From: Candidatus Obscuribacteraceae bacterium
Lineage (GTDB): Bacteria; Cyanobacteriota; Vampirovibrionia; Obscuribacterales; Obscuribacteraceae
Length of the DNA stretch: 64,000 nt
Assembly (NCBI GenBank): GCA_044229845.1
Contig: JBGASG010000006.1
Span: 32,001 to 96,000 of the forward strand
Direction of reading: 5' to 3'
The notes beneath the pieces were generated by a model. The model was not told the origin of the DNA. It did no database searches and saw only the letters and a program-made list of their open reading frames with translations. The position numbers and the translations under genes are program-made. How positions within the stretch are numbered: the first letter of the stretch is position 1; each line of letters opens with the position of its first letter. Shown here piece after piece: positions 51,136-62,600 of the stretch.

Positions 51136-52344
51136 TTAGCTTGTACTGGGATTTCTGGGGTTAAACAACCTTAGAAACTCTTTGGTGATCTTTTCCATAG
51201 GCTCACGGAGCCTCTCGATATCAACTATGATGTAACCGAATGTGGTGTCGTTTTTCCCAGAATGATTTGCCAGCTTTTTCAGAACGACGTACGAAAAATC
51301 CAGTCGCTCGGCCATCGTCAAAAAAGTCCGTCTCAAGTCGTGCAACACGAAGGGGCAAGCAGCATCTTCAATAATTTTGTCGATGGCATAACCGCAGTCT
51401 ACCATGTGGCTCTTGCCACCTCGTCCAGGAAAAACAAATTCTGATGTTCCGCGCTCCGCATAGCGGCGAGCCAACAGGTCTTCCAGAAACGCACTGAGCG
51501 GCAACCGATGTTCTTTGTTGTTCTTCGAAACCTCCGCGCGCACGGTCAAAACTTTCGCGGCGAAGTCGATATTATCCCAGCGAAGTGTAGCGGCTTCGTT
51601 CCGGCGCAAGCCGGTGAGCAGCAAGAGCACCAGATAGTCTTTCACCTTCTGCTGCGGGAGCGACATGACCGCGTCGTACCAGGCGGGTAACTTGTGGTCT
51701 GGTATCAGCGTTTGACGTCTGCGCTCTTGATACCACTGGCGGTTATGCGAAAGTTTGGTGACCGGGTTCGCAGTGATGATCGGTTTGCCTTCAATCTCGT
51801 AGTTAGCGGCGGCAAAGTTCAACAGTGTACCGAGCACGTGCATGACGGTATTTGCTTGCGCCTCGCCGGACGTACCCTGGCGTGTCGGCTTGCGCAAATC
51901 GGCATGACGCTGCTGCACCATTTCGCGGGTGATGGCTGCCACCGGCAGATCTACCCAGTCACCGAGACAACGCGGAATGAGATATCTATAGGTACGTTTT
52001 GTGTTGGGCTTCAGGTTGCGTACCGAGAGGTAGTGTTCCAAGACCTCCTGCAATGTGACGCCCGCCACCTTCCTTTTAGCTCTCTCCGCCGTTGGATCTT
52101 TTCCGGCGGCCATCTGCGCCAGGAGCTTGAGCGCTTTTGCTCTGGCGGCGGTAGCTGTCAATCTGGTGTGGTCGCCGAGGGTAATCCTGCGCACGACGCC
52201 ATTGACTCGGGCTTCGACTATGTACGTCTTGCTGCCAGGCGTGACGCGCAGCCCGAATCCGGGCAACGCGCTGTCGCGATAGAAGACCTGCCCTTTCTCT
52301 GGAAAAGGCAATGTAGACACGAATGTATTTGTTAGTTTCGGCAT
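51136..52344 (-). CDS. Tyrosine integrase 2
   Basis: Paralog of integrase 1 with catalytic R-K-H-R-H-Y intact. Confidence 0.93.
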   Translation of the reverse strand: MPKLTNTFVSTLPFPEKGQVFYRDSALPGFGLRVTPGSKTYIVEARVNGVVRRITLGDHTRLTATAARAKALKLLAQMAAGKDPTAERAKRKVAGVTLQEVLEHYLSVRNLKPNTKRTYRYLIPRCLGDWVDLPVAAITREMVQQRHADLRKPTRQGTSGEAQANTVMHVLGTLLNFAAANYEIEGKPIITANPVTKLSHNRQWYQERRRQTLIPDHKLPAWYDAVMSLPQQKVKDYLVLLLLTGLRRNEAATLRWDNIDFAAKVLTVRAEVSKNNKEHRLPLSAFLEDLLARRYAERGTSEFVFPGRGGKSHMVDCGYAIDKIIEDAACPFVLHDLRRTFLTMAERLDFSYVVLKKLANHSGKNDTTFGYIIVDIERLREPMEKITKEFLRLFNPRNPSTS

Positions 52345-53804
52345 GCTGTCTGCTTCTTGAAATTTGGGGTAGATTGTTAAGCTGTGTAGACGCGGTGTAG
52401 ACACTTTTCAAAACGGCCGGTTGGCTGAGATGCCCATGGAAAGCCATGCTTCGCGCGCCAAGACGCCATGCCCTCATGCCCGAATAGCGGCGGACCGGGT
52501 TCCTCCAGTCAAGGCTGGCTCCGAAGGAGACACCGCGAAGCGGTTTAGCCTTGACGGGAGGGGGCCGCCGCTTGGCTTTTGCCGGGCATGGCGCAGGCGC
52601 GCGCAGCTATCGCCATGGACCGCCGGATCGATGCCGGAGGCAAGATGCGAATGCTGGGCAAGTTCGACTGCTATGCGGCGACCAGGCTCTTCAAAGGACG
52701 GCAGGTCGTTTCGTGGGGCAGGCTGCTCTCAGCGGGGCAGGCGAGTGCTGTTGAATTTTTAGGCGAGTTCCTGAAAGAGGAACGTTGTTGTTGATTCACC
52801 GGAGGCGGTTTCGTCAACCCTCTGGTGAGCGGCGGCGCAAGTTAATCGCGCATTGATCTAGGTGCGTGCTACTGCTTGCACGAATTCATCATACCGAGTG
52901 CCGCAGTCCTGCGGATATCGGGATAACCCTATCGACGCCGACGCGAGAAGCACTGCATATGGTGCGAGGATAGGGGAGCGTATCGGCAAGCCAAAAATTG
53001 AATCAGAAAACGTCAGCAAGTGTGGGTTGAACAAAGAGGATGCAGTAGTCATCCATCCAGGAAGCTGGTACTGTGTCAAACGAAGACCGCTTTCAGGCGC
53101 CGACCTGACGTTCTTGTTGCGAAAAGTGCCTCGTGAATACGGCGCAGATTGAGCACGACAGAGAGAGGCGGAGCGATACCACGGTGGTGACGGAAAGGCT
53201 TGAGAAGAATGACTGAAACGCAACAGCGATGGGCGACTGCCGCTCAGCGCTCGCCTGGAGCCAGTTTTGGGTGCCTGGCATTATGTGGGGTACTTTCTGA
53301 AATCGTGGCAAGGCACCGCCCGTGGTGCGTACGCCGAAATGAAATCATCGCTTTATCCTGCTGCTGCTCGCTAAAGCTCACAGGATTTGAAAACATGAAC
53401 GACGAACATTATACTCGTACATCGCCCCGTCGTCTGGGGCTCGCGAAGCGATCTAAAGGCACGTGTTGCCGCTGGTGGTTCGACGCCAGGCTCGATTCGC
53501 CAGCATTGCAAGCCTGCACCACCGCCGGAAGGTGGCGACCTGTTTTTGCGTTCTGATTTGCCGTCCCCGCACCGAAAGGAGTTGTGCCCGATCAACCATT
53601 TGCGCTCTAGTGATGATGGTGCCGCCGACAACAACTGCAAAGAAATTGCACTCAGCACAACAGCGACCTAAACGGCTCTGCAGCCAGGTGTCATCATGCC
53701 TTAAACTTGACCTACGGCGCGCAGCGAGCGGGGAAGATATTCGTCATATCAGGTGCTTACGTCGACGCCTATTCCATTCCCAATGCATGATCGCCCATCG
53801 CAGA

Positions 53805-54131
53805 CTAATCCTTCGAGGGAATCCAGATACGTTTTGGTCCCCCATGAGCCCAGCCGGTAAAGGAGCCGGGCGCGCCTTGTAGGAATTGCTCCCGATTCAT
53901 TGTTCCCTTCGCTAGCCCCCTGTACGGACGTACCGCTGATGCAGTCTCCTTACGTCCACTCTTTAGGTGTTTCAATTGGCTGGCAGCAATCTGGAGCGAG
54001 TCGTTGGTGGATTCCACAACAGGTCCCAATGTGCCATCGGATCGGTCGTCTTTCTTTATTTGCGCCAACACCGCTGACATGGACAATCCAAAGAGTAGTG
54101 CGGTGGACAGAACTATTCTAGCTATATACAT
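53805..54131 (-). CDS. Putative exported immunity protein
   Basis: Signal peptide; follows the Rhs tip. Confidence 0.5.
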   Translation of the reverse strand: MYIARIVLSTALLFGLSMSAVLAQIKKDDRSDGTLGPVVESTNDSLQIAASQLKHLKSGRKETASAVRPYRGLAKGTMNREQFLQGAPGSFTGWAHGGPKRIWIPSKD

Positions 54132-54148
54132 GGGTTACTCTCGGTTAA

Positions 54149-55125
54149 CTAGGTTTCTGATCTATTGATTAACAGGTCCAGTATCCAGTTTGGCGGATCT
54201 GGATGCCCTCCATCATCTGGATGGTTCGTCCAATACTCCACCCATTCTATCGCGCGAATCGCGTTTCCGGATTCGGGCAAAAGATCCGGACGATACTCAG
54301 GGATCTGCGCAGAGGGGAGATCTTCTGGAATGTCTGCAGGAGGTTCTCCCTGATGTTGCGATGAATCTGGATACTCTGATTCTAGGTCCCAAAATCCACG
54401 ATTATCTGTCGAATGGAACGGTCGATCAGCGCTCTCGCTCCAGCTGTCAGCTTTACGATCGTCTCCTTGCTGTTCCATCGTCTCTCCTGTGAATGGGTCA
54501 GATATCTGTGCCAAGATTCGAATATTGCGTGTCCCGGAACCAAACTGACCAAGATCGGGATCAGGTCTGTCTGAGTCCTTTCTCGGACAAGGCCACCACA
54601 TGAAATAGGTCCCCGATGGGTCGACAAAGCTAACCGGATTACTGCGTGAATATGTGAATAGGTTCAGACCACCCCGTTCTGCGATGGGATCACGGTTGAT
54701 AAACCTCCCCAGTCCAGGGCTGTACGCCCGTGCAACTGTAAGATTTAAACCGCTTCTGCCGTGCGCGTAGTAGCCAGCAAATTGAAAATCGCTGTCCTGT
54801 CCGCCCTCAAGTCTATTGGCCCGTCCGAATGGATCAAAGCTGTAAGCTGCCTGAGCATCGCCGTTATTGTCGGTCATGGTTCGTACGGAGCCGAGGTGGT
54901 CTTTTGCGTAGAAATAGTTCATGCCGCTGTTGATTTGTCCTCGTGAGAAGAACTGCTTCGATTGGCTTCCACTGCCATCGCGCTCCTCGCAGCGGTTGTT
55001 TGAGCACCATATGTGCTGCTTCGTGCTGGTCATGGTGCTCGCCACGGTCTCCACAATCTTGACCATTCTTCCGAATGGGTCATATGTGAAAGCCGAATTG
55101 TTTCCCGAACTGGGATAAGTAATCT
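54149..55125 (-). pseudogene. Orphan Rhs C-terminal cassette starting at the core
   Basis: ITYPSSGNNSAFTYDPFGRMVKIVETV...FINRDPI...DPSG; acidic tip. Confidence 0.85.
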
Positions 55126-55264
55126 TTTTGGATCGGTGTGCACCGCGCGTGGTGCTTGTACGACACAGGTGCCGAATTTTGAAATTGCGTTGTAAATAGC
55201 TTTCCGACGACTGTCGCTGCATTGTCGACAACAAAGAAAAATACGCGGTGCTGAAATACGGCTT

Positions 55265-56491
55265 TTACTGCGCTTTCTCGGGGTGTGGTGAACTTTCAGA
55301 AGCTTCTTGGGACACTCTCGCCTTACACAGGGTTAGAAGCTCGTTGGTGGCTCGCAGTCTCTCCACATCTACTACAACATAACCGAAGGTGGTGTCATTC
55401 TTGCCGGAATGGTTCGCCAGCTTTTTCAGAACGACATAAGAAAGCGCAAGTCTTTCTGCTACCGTGAGGAAAGTTCGCCTGAGATCGTGAGGCGTGAACG
55501 GACAACCGATCTTTTCCGCGAATGCATCTATCGCGCAATCTGAGCTTACCATGTGGACTTTTTTGCCACGTCCAGGAAACACATATTCGGCGTCTCCGCG
55601 CCCTTCGTATCGTCGCTTCAGCAGCTCTTCCAAGAAGTCACTCAATGGAAGTCGATGCTCTTTTCCGTTCTTTGCGATCTCTGATCTAACGGTGAGGACT
55701 TTGGCGTCAAAGTCAACGTCTTCCCAGCGCAAGGTGGCAGCTTCGTTGCGGCGCAATCCGGTGAACAACAGAAGCAGAAGATAGTCCGTCACTGCTTGAC
55801 GCTTCAGCAGCATGACCTCTCGAAACCACTCGGGCAGCTTGTGGTCTGGAATTATTGTCTGCCGCCTGCGCTCTGGATACCAGCGGCGATTCTGCGACAG
55901 ACGCTTGACGGGGTTATATATAATGATGGGTTTTTCGTCTATCTCGTGGTTTGCGGCGGCGAAGTTGAGCAGCGCTCCGAGCATGTGCATCACGGTGTTC
56001 GCTTGTGCCTCTCCTGACGTTCCTTGCCTGGTGGTCCTGCGCAATTCGGCATGGCGTTGCTCGACCATGTCCCGCGTGATTGAAACCACCGGCAAGTCGA
56101 GCCAGTCTTCCAGGCAGCGCACGACCATATAGCGGTAAACCCGCACGGTGTTCGGCTTGAGATTCCGGACTGAGAGAAACTGTTCCAGAATTTCGTGCAA
56201 CGTCACTCCGGTGATCTTTTTCTTCGCCTTCTCCACCATCGGATCTTTACCGGCGGCCATCATGGCTTGCAGTTTGCGCGCCTTTTTCCGCGCCGTGGTT
56301 GGAGTCAGGGGTCCACTTTTGCCCAGGGTGATTCTTCTGGCGACTCCGTTGACCCGAGCTTCAACGACGTACGTCTTGCTTCCGGGCGTCACCCGTAACG
56401 CGAGCCCGACAAGCACCGTGTCCCGATAGATTTTCTGGCCTCGCTCCGGAGGCTCCACTTCATTCACAAACTTTTGGGTCAATTTGGGCAT
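55265..56491 (-). CDS. Tyrosine integrase 3
   Basis: Paralog with intact catalytic residues; small in-frame deletion after VERLR. Confidence 0.93.
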   Translation of the reverse strand: MPKLTQKFVNEVEPPERGQKIYRDTVLVGLALRVTPGSKTYVVEARVNGVARRITLGKSGPLTPTTARKKARKLQAMMAAGKDPMVEKAKKKITGVTLHEILEQFLSVRNLKPNTVRVYRYMVVRCLEDWLDLPVVSITRDMVEQRHAELRRTTRQGTSGEAQANTVMHMLGALLNFAAANHEIDEKPIIIYNPVKRLSQNRRWYPERRRQTIIPDHKLPEWFREVMLLKRQAVTDYLLLLLFTGLRRNEAATLRWEDVDFDAKVLTVRSEIAKNGKEHRLPLSDFLEELLKRRYEGRGDAEYVFPGRGKKVHMVSSDCAIDAFAEKIGCPFTPHDLRRTFLTVAERLALSYVVLKKLANHSGKNDTTFGYVVVDVERLRATNELLTLCKARVSQEASESSPHPEKAQ

Positions 56492-56880
56492 TTCGTCGCC
56501 TTTGATTTTGGGGTGGTATGTAAAGTTGTGTCGTCACTATGTCGACGACTTGAGAAAAAGTTGCTTCCGCTATGGCTGATTGGATGGGGCTTTCCGACGT
56601 TTACTGCTTTTTGATTTCAAAAATCCGCGCCAAGTCGCCATGCCCCCATGCGGAATAGCGGCGGACCGGGTTCCTGCTGTCAAGGCTGGCTCCGAAGGAG
56701 ACACCCCGCAGGGGTTTAGCCTTGACAGTAGGGGTCCGCTGCTCGGCTTCAGCCGGCATGGAGATTTCCCGTCAAATGTCAATCTGGTGAACGCGCGCAA
56801 ACAAGTTCGCCAGTTGCGAAGCAACTGGCACCGTATTCAGTGCACTTCGATGTCGAACTAAGACGCTTTGAAGTGTGGGT

Positions 56881-57762
56881 TTACGTGGTTTCGTGCTTTC
56901 CTTGCGCAAGAAGGCGTTCAGAGAATTCTCTGATCTGGGGATTGTGTACTCGCGCGGCGCGTGCCGGCATGAATAAAGCTCCCCTAACTGCCGCACTTCC
57001 TCGTTTAGAAATACGATCCTTTTCTCTCACTGATATTCCTGATGCGTGTTTTCGGCTGGTCAATCCGAGAAAGCATGCTAAAGACCGACTTGAACGAAAG
57101 CGCCGGAAATCAATAAGCGTGAGTAGGGTGACCGCTGATCTGTCAGCTATTCCAGGGATCGTGCACAAGAGCGTGAAATCGTTGCTCAGAACAGGGTGTT
57201 GACCGATTAGCTCTTTGGCCCGCCCCAGGGTTTGCTCTAAATTAGACTCCGCCATCGCCAACTCGGCTTCGAGCTGCTGTTTCACAAACTTGGAGCGGAG
57301 TCCACATGCAAGCTGGCATCGGATTGCCACAGTTCGCTTTGTCAGCGAACGAATCAATACTACCGTGTCTCTCAGCTCCCACTCTAAGTTCGTCTTTGGC
57401 TGCCACTGAGGAAGTTTGTCAGAACGCTCTTTGCAGTATTCTGCGAGCAGGTACGCTGCCTTCCGATCAGAACGAATGCGAATCTCGTGTGATTCAGCGT
57501 ACTTCGAAAACTTGAGCGGCTGCGCCAAAAAGACGCGCGTCTTGCGTTTATGAAAATACTCAGCAACGATTTCACCGTATCGCCCGGTCGGTTCGATGAC
57601 TAAGTCGATACTCTGAATGCCGTTCTCTTCAAGCCATTTGACACAGGCTCGAAGTCCATGAGCATTTCGCGCAAAGCGCTCGGAAAGTGCTTTACCATTT
57701 GGTGGTAGAACGCAAATGTCAAACCATGGTTCGGATATATCCGCACCAGCTGGAACCTTCAT
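56881..57762 (-). mobile_element. IS110-family transposase, probably degenerate or C-terminally truncated
   Basis: GADIS, IEPTG, SDRKA (last DEDD Asp appears as Ala), IPGI, GL....ASG, ISKRG...R..L. Confidence 0.8.
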
Positions 57763-58163
57763 AGAACCTCTTTCTATTGTAGTGTGCGGATCGAAGCAGC
57801 GGCCTTATCCGAAGCTCTTATACGGTTTCACGAACGTGACCAAAGATTTCCCTCGGGTTAGACTATTGCTGCGGTGAGAGGAGAGTCGCAAATCTCCATA
57901 TGACAGGTTTTGCACTGGGCGCAGGCTCGGTTTACTCTCCTCTCTCCGATCTCTCAATAATTACCTAACCACATATCAAAGCTGTCAAGTTCAATATAAG
58001 AGCGCAGGCGCGCTACCATCGGGATGGATTTTTGGCGGATGGATTTCCAGCGGCGTGATGTGGAACCGCGGAACGTCAGGCTCCTTGCCGGATTTGAGCC
58101 ATTCGAATCGCCCATGCGCAACGTTGAGTGCGCGGTACGCTTTCGGTGGCCTTCTCGGGCTTG

Positions 58164-58559
58164 CTATTCCTGGTCCAGATGCTCCTGGTCATCTTTGAGA
58201 TGGCTGGAGGTCTTTTGTTGCAGAAATTGCCTCGCGAAGCTTTGCGCCAATTGCTTCAGTGCTATTTGGTCCTTCTCATCAACCTCGTACAGAGCGAGCT
58301 GCTCGGTGAAGAACCAGACCATCGAGATGGCTTTGCTCAGTTTGATCATCCAGCCAGCAAATCGGTCTTCCATTCGCCGCAGACGCTTCTCTACGTAGGC
58401 GAATTGGGAGTTGGTGGCTGCCTCGGCCCGGGCGACAATTCCGTCGCGGACCAATTCACGCACCATCTCGGCGGGGGTGAGCCTGTTCGCTTTCGCCAGT
58501 CGGGTGACTTCTTCTGCCATCTCCTTTGGGAAGCGAACACAGAATTGGGGTAAACGCAT
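58164..58559 (-). CDS. RHH/CopG-like DNA-binding protein (mobilisation-accessory-like)
   Basis: FCVRFPKEMAEEV..LA......AEMVRELV; lies downstream of the conserved block. Confidence 0.65.
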   Translation of the reverse strand: MRLPQFCVRFPKEMAEEVTRLAKANRLTPAEMVRELVRDGIVARAEAATNSQFAYVEKRLRRMEDRFAGWMIKLSKAISMVWFFTEQLALYEVDEKDQIALKQLAQSFARQFLQQKTSSHLKDDQEHLDQE

Positions 58560-59240
58560 TCATACCTCAGAACACGCGCGCGTTGCGCTTGGACATTGAT
58601 GCAAGCAAGGCGCTTGCGGGGCTCCTCAATGAGAGCGAGGAGAAATGACGAGTTAACTCATCAGTTTCCGTTGACGCGAGAAAAGGCGGTTGGTTCCCAG
58701 AATGCCACCACATATAGTGTCGGATGGGCATCGCTATCGAGGTGTAGGCAGGGACAGGAAGAAAAAGGCGGAGTAACGGTTCCTCAAACGCACCAGCGAT
58801 GGGCGACTGCCGTTCACCGCACTCCTGGAGCCAGTTGAGGGTACCCGGCATTATGTGGGGTACTTTCTGGAACCATGGCAGGGCACCACTCGTGGTGCAC
58901 GCGCCAAAATGAAATCATCGCTTTATCCTGCGTTCCGGTCCGAACTACTGAGGTGCGATAAAATTCAAAGCCAAGAGTCTGCAATGTTGTTGCAGCGGAT
59001 TCTGAGTTGGTCGCTTTGCCGCAGGCGCAGACTCAGTCGAACTCACGGCACTGCGTGATCGGCTGAAGTAAGGAAATCCTTCGTATTGATTCACTGCGAG
59101 CGCGGCGTGTGGTCATTTGGGATCTGTCGCTCTCCTCCATAACAAAACGTCCCCTACAAAGTCCGCGACGAACGCACACTGCGTTGCGTGCAGGCGCGAT
59201 AGTAGCGTCGGGTGATTCACAGGGTGCAGGCTAAGGCACC

Positions 59241-59678
59241 CTATCTGCGTCCCAACAGCCGCATCATAGTCGAACGAATGACAGAGGCATCGACGCCACC
59301 AAGCGAACTTTGATTTGGATCCCAGTTTGTCAATGCCAGCAGCAAGTGTTCGGGACCAATAACCCTCATGCCCAGTTTGCTGGCTTCGACGTAACTAGCA
59401 CGAATCAAACTGAGCAGCCGAACGGGTCTGCCCATGCTCTGCCCAACGCTGTCTTCCGCGTAGATTTGCTCTGAGGAGATGCGCAAGAGGCTCAATACTT
59501 TTGCTGCAGTGCATGTGCCTTCCTTAGATATTCCGCCCATGATATCGCGCAATTGAGCATTCGGAGTTGCTGCATGTTCAAAAGCAAGTTTCAAAACGGT
59601 TCGAGCTTTTGGCGTAAGTCGAATCGGGCTCGCCTTTACTGATTCTTCTTGCATAGTGGCTCGTTGGGATAGCCCCAC
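59241..59678 (-). CDS. Stand-alone Clp N-terminal-domain protein in the immunity position
   Basis: RLTPKARTVLKLA, AAKVL, EASKLG...IGPEHLLLAL. Confidence 0.7.
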   Translation of the reverse strand: MGLSQRATMQEESVKASPIRLTPKARTVLKLAFEHAATPNAQLRDIMGGISKEGTCTAAKVLSLLRISSEQIYAEDSVGQSMGRPVRLLSLIRASYVEASKLGMRVIGPEHLLLALTNWDPNQSSLGGVDASVIRSTMMRLLGRR

Positions 59679-59684
59679 TCCTCT

Positions 59685-62600
59685 TTATTCAATGCCATAA
59701 GTGTCCATGCATTCCTGGACGCAATCATCACGTGTTTCCTCGGCTTGTCTTAGCTTAGCGCGTTTCTCATTGCCTTCGGGCATTGAGTCGACCTCTTTCA
59801 GATCAATTCGGTACCAATCATCGCAATCCTTGCAGCAATCGTCAAACGGATCCTTGTCCGGTTTTTGTTCTGGAGGATCATCGTGCCCGTCTGGCGGAGG
59901 CGGTCCTCCTCCTGCTCCGCCCATAATGACGGTCTCATCTGTCGGCGTCACGGGTGGACCGTCATCTTCGTCCTCGTCCTTCGGGCATGGATTAGGTGGT
60001 TGCGGATTAGGCGGTTCAGGCACAGGTCCCGGAGGCTGACTCTGATTGAATTGCTGCCAGAGCCATAGCAAAATGTCCATTAGGTCCATTTTTCTGATTA
60101 CGGCATTACCGCTTGGGTCCCTCCACATAGTCGGGCGATTCCCAACATATCGATATAGATTGAGGCCGCCCCTTTCTCCGATGCGATCGCGCGAAATGAA
60201 TCTACCGATCTTCGCGTTGTAAGCCCGCGTTCGAGTAAAGTTGAGCCCACTACGGGCATGCAGATAGTAACCGGCGAACTGAAAATCGCTGTCCTGCATA
60301 CTCTCAAGCGTCTTAGTCCTGCCAAAGGGATCAAAGCTATAAGAAGCCTGCACATCGCCGCTGTCGTCCGTCATTGTCCAGACGGAGCCAAGATGGTCCT
60401 TGTTGTAGAAATAGCTTGTTGAGTTATCGATCTGCCCGCGCGAGAAAAACTGCTTGGAGGCGTTTCCGCTGCCGTCGCGCTCTTCGCACCGAGTACTACC
60501 TGACCAAATATGCTGCTTGGTGCTGGTGACGCTGCTCGCAACGGTCTCCACAATTTTGACCATTCTTCCGAATGGGTCATATGTGAAAGCCGAGTTATTT
60601 CCCGAACTGGGATAAGTAATCTGAATTAGGCGGTTTTCGGCGTCCCATGCGAAGGAATTCGTTCCGTCGCTGGTTAAATTGCCGTTGTCGTCGTAGGTCA
60701 GCGTTTGGCTGCCAGCGCCCACCACTTCTAGCTTGTGGGTATTTGTTGTTGTACCGCTTCCGCCGCCGGCGGTGGCGCTGACGTTGACACTGTTACTCCC
60801 CGACGACAGCGCCGCGTTCCCAGAGAAATTCTGAGATGTCGTCATATCGACGGCATTTCCTGCGACAGTCACCGGCAGTACCGGTCTGTCGGTGTTTCCT
60901 TGGAAGTGGGCATTGCCACCGGCAGAAATGCCTGTCAGTTCGTTGACCGTATTGAAGGTCGCTTGAGAGGCCCCAATGTTCTTGCTCAGGGCAATCGTCT
61001 CGGTAGCGCCGCCACTCAGCGATTTGGCATACGTGGTCGCGTTTTTGGACGCAGAGATGAGGTTGACGACCGAGACACCAGATGTCGGTGTCACAGCAGT
61101 GGCGGACACACTTATCCCTTGGAGGTCCGTGTCGGCATTGATATTAGTCGCCAGTCCTGAGGCAATCGAATTCAGGGTGTCGCCGCTCTGGACCGTGTAA
61201 TTGACGGCTTTAGAGCCGCCGGACAAGCCGGCGTCGTAGACCGTTATTGTGAGTACATTGCCTGTTGTTTTGGTCCCACCAATGACAGCGGTCACCGTGC
61301 CGTTCGCTGGAAGGTCCCAGAGAATGGTTTCGGTTGCGCTGGTACTTCTCGACGGAAGGTAGGTGGTAGCATTTCGCGAGACAGATGTGACTGTTAGCAC
61401 AGTTCCTGATGATGAGGCAGAAACGCCTACAGCTTTCAGATCCGAGTCGGCGTTGAGTGCCGATGCGAATCCGCTGGTTATGGACGTGAGGTTGTCTCCG
61501 CTTTGAACTGTGTACGAAACGCCCTTAGACCCGCCGGATAGTCCGGCATCGAAAACCGTCAGAGTTAAGACATCTGCTGTTGTCTTGCTTCCGCCGATGA
61601 GGGCGTTGACGGTGCCATTCAAGCTTGGCCCGAGAGCGACAGTTTCCGTACCAGCGCCCGTGACCGACTTCGTGAAGGTCGTGACATTTGGCGAGAGTGA
61701 CTGAATGGCGATCACCGGTCCATTGGATGTCGCAGTGATGCCGGCTCCCGAGAGACTCCCGCTTCCGTTGATGGATGCCGTCAGAGCCGTGGCAATCGAG
61801 GTCAGCGTGTCGCCACCCTGGACTGTGCGGCTAACGCTCGTAGAACCACCGCCGAGGGCTGGATCATGAACGGTTATCTGAACGACGTCGCTCGTGGTTG
61901 GCGTGCCCCCGATAGTGGCGTTATGCAGAGCTGCATTCACGCCGAGGCTGGCGGTTTCTGTTGAACCACCGCTCAAGCTGGTCGCGAAGGTAGTCACGTT
62001 AGGAGACTTCGAGCGCAGCGTCACCGTGGTCCCGCTCGAAACAGCATCGATTCCAACCGATTGGCAATCGGAGTTCGCCGTTATCGTTGCAGCCAGATTG
62101 GCGGCAATCGTCGTTAGCGTGTCTCCAGAGAGCACTGTGTAAGCGACCGCTTCCGTACCTCCGCTCAATCCGCTGTCAGTTGCGGTGACGGTGATGACGT
62201 CACTAGTGGTTTTGCTGCCGCCGATCACGAGATTCTGGACCTGGCTCGTTTGCACGTCAGTCCGGTTGGCTGCGGAGTCGTAGGAGAAGAAGTGCTGGTC
62301 CGCGAATGGCGCGGGCAACACGCCCTTACCACTTACCGCTGCCGTCAGTTGACCTGCAGCGTCGTAATCCAGACCGAATCCCACGTGCCGGGTTTTCTGC
62401 TGCTGCATCCAGCGAGTGATTTGCCCCGTTGGATCTTGCGCATAGTTGAATTGAGACAATGCTTGCGAATTCGGATCAAGATTCCTTATCTCGCGTAAGC
62501 GTTGATCTTGATCGTTGCCGTACCAATCAAATGCAGTTGTTTGACCATTCGGATATGCGATACTGGCTAGTCGGGATTGTCCCTTTGAGACCCCGACGCC

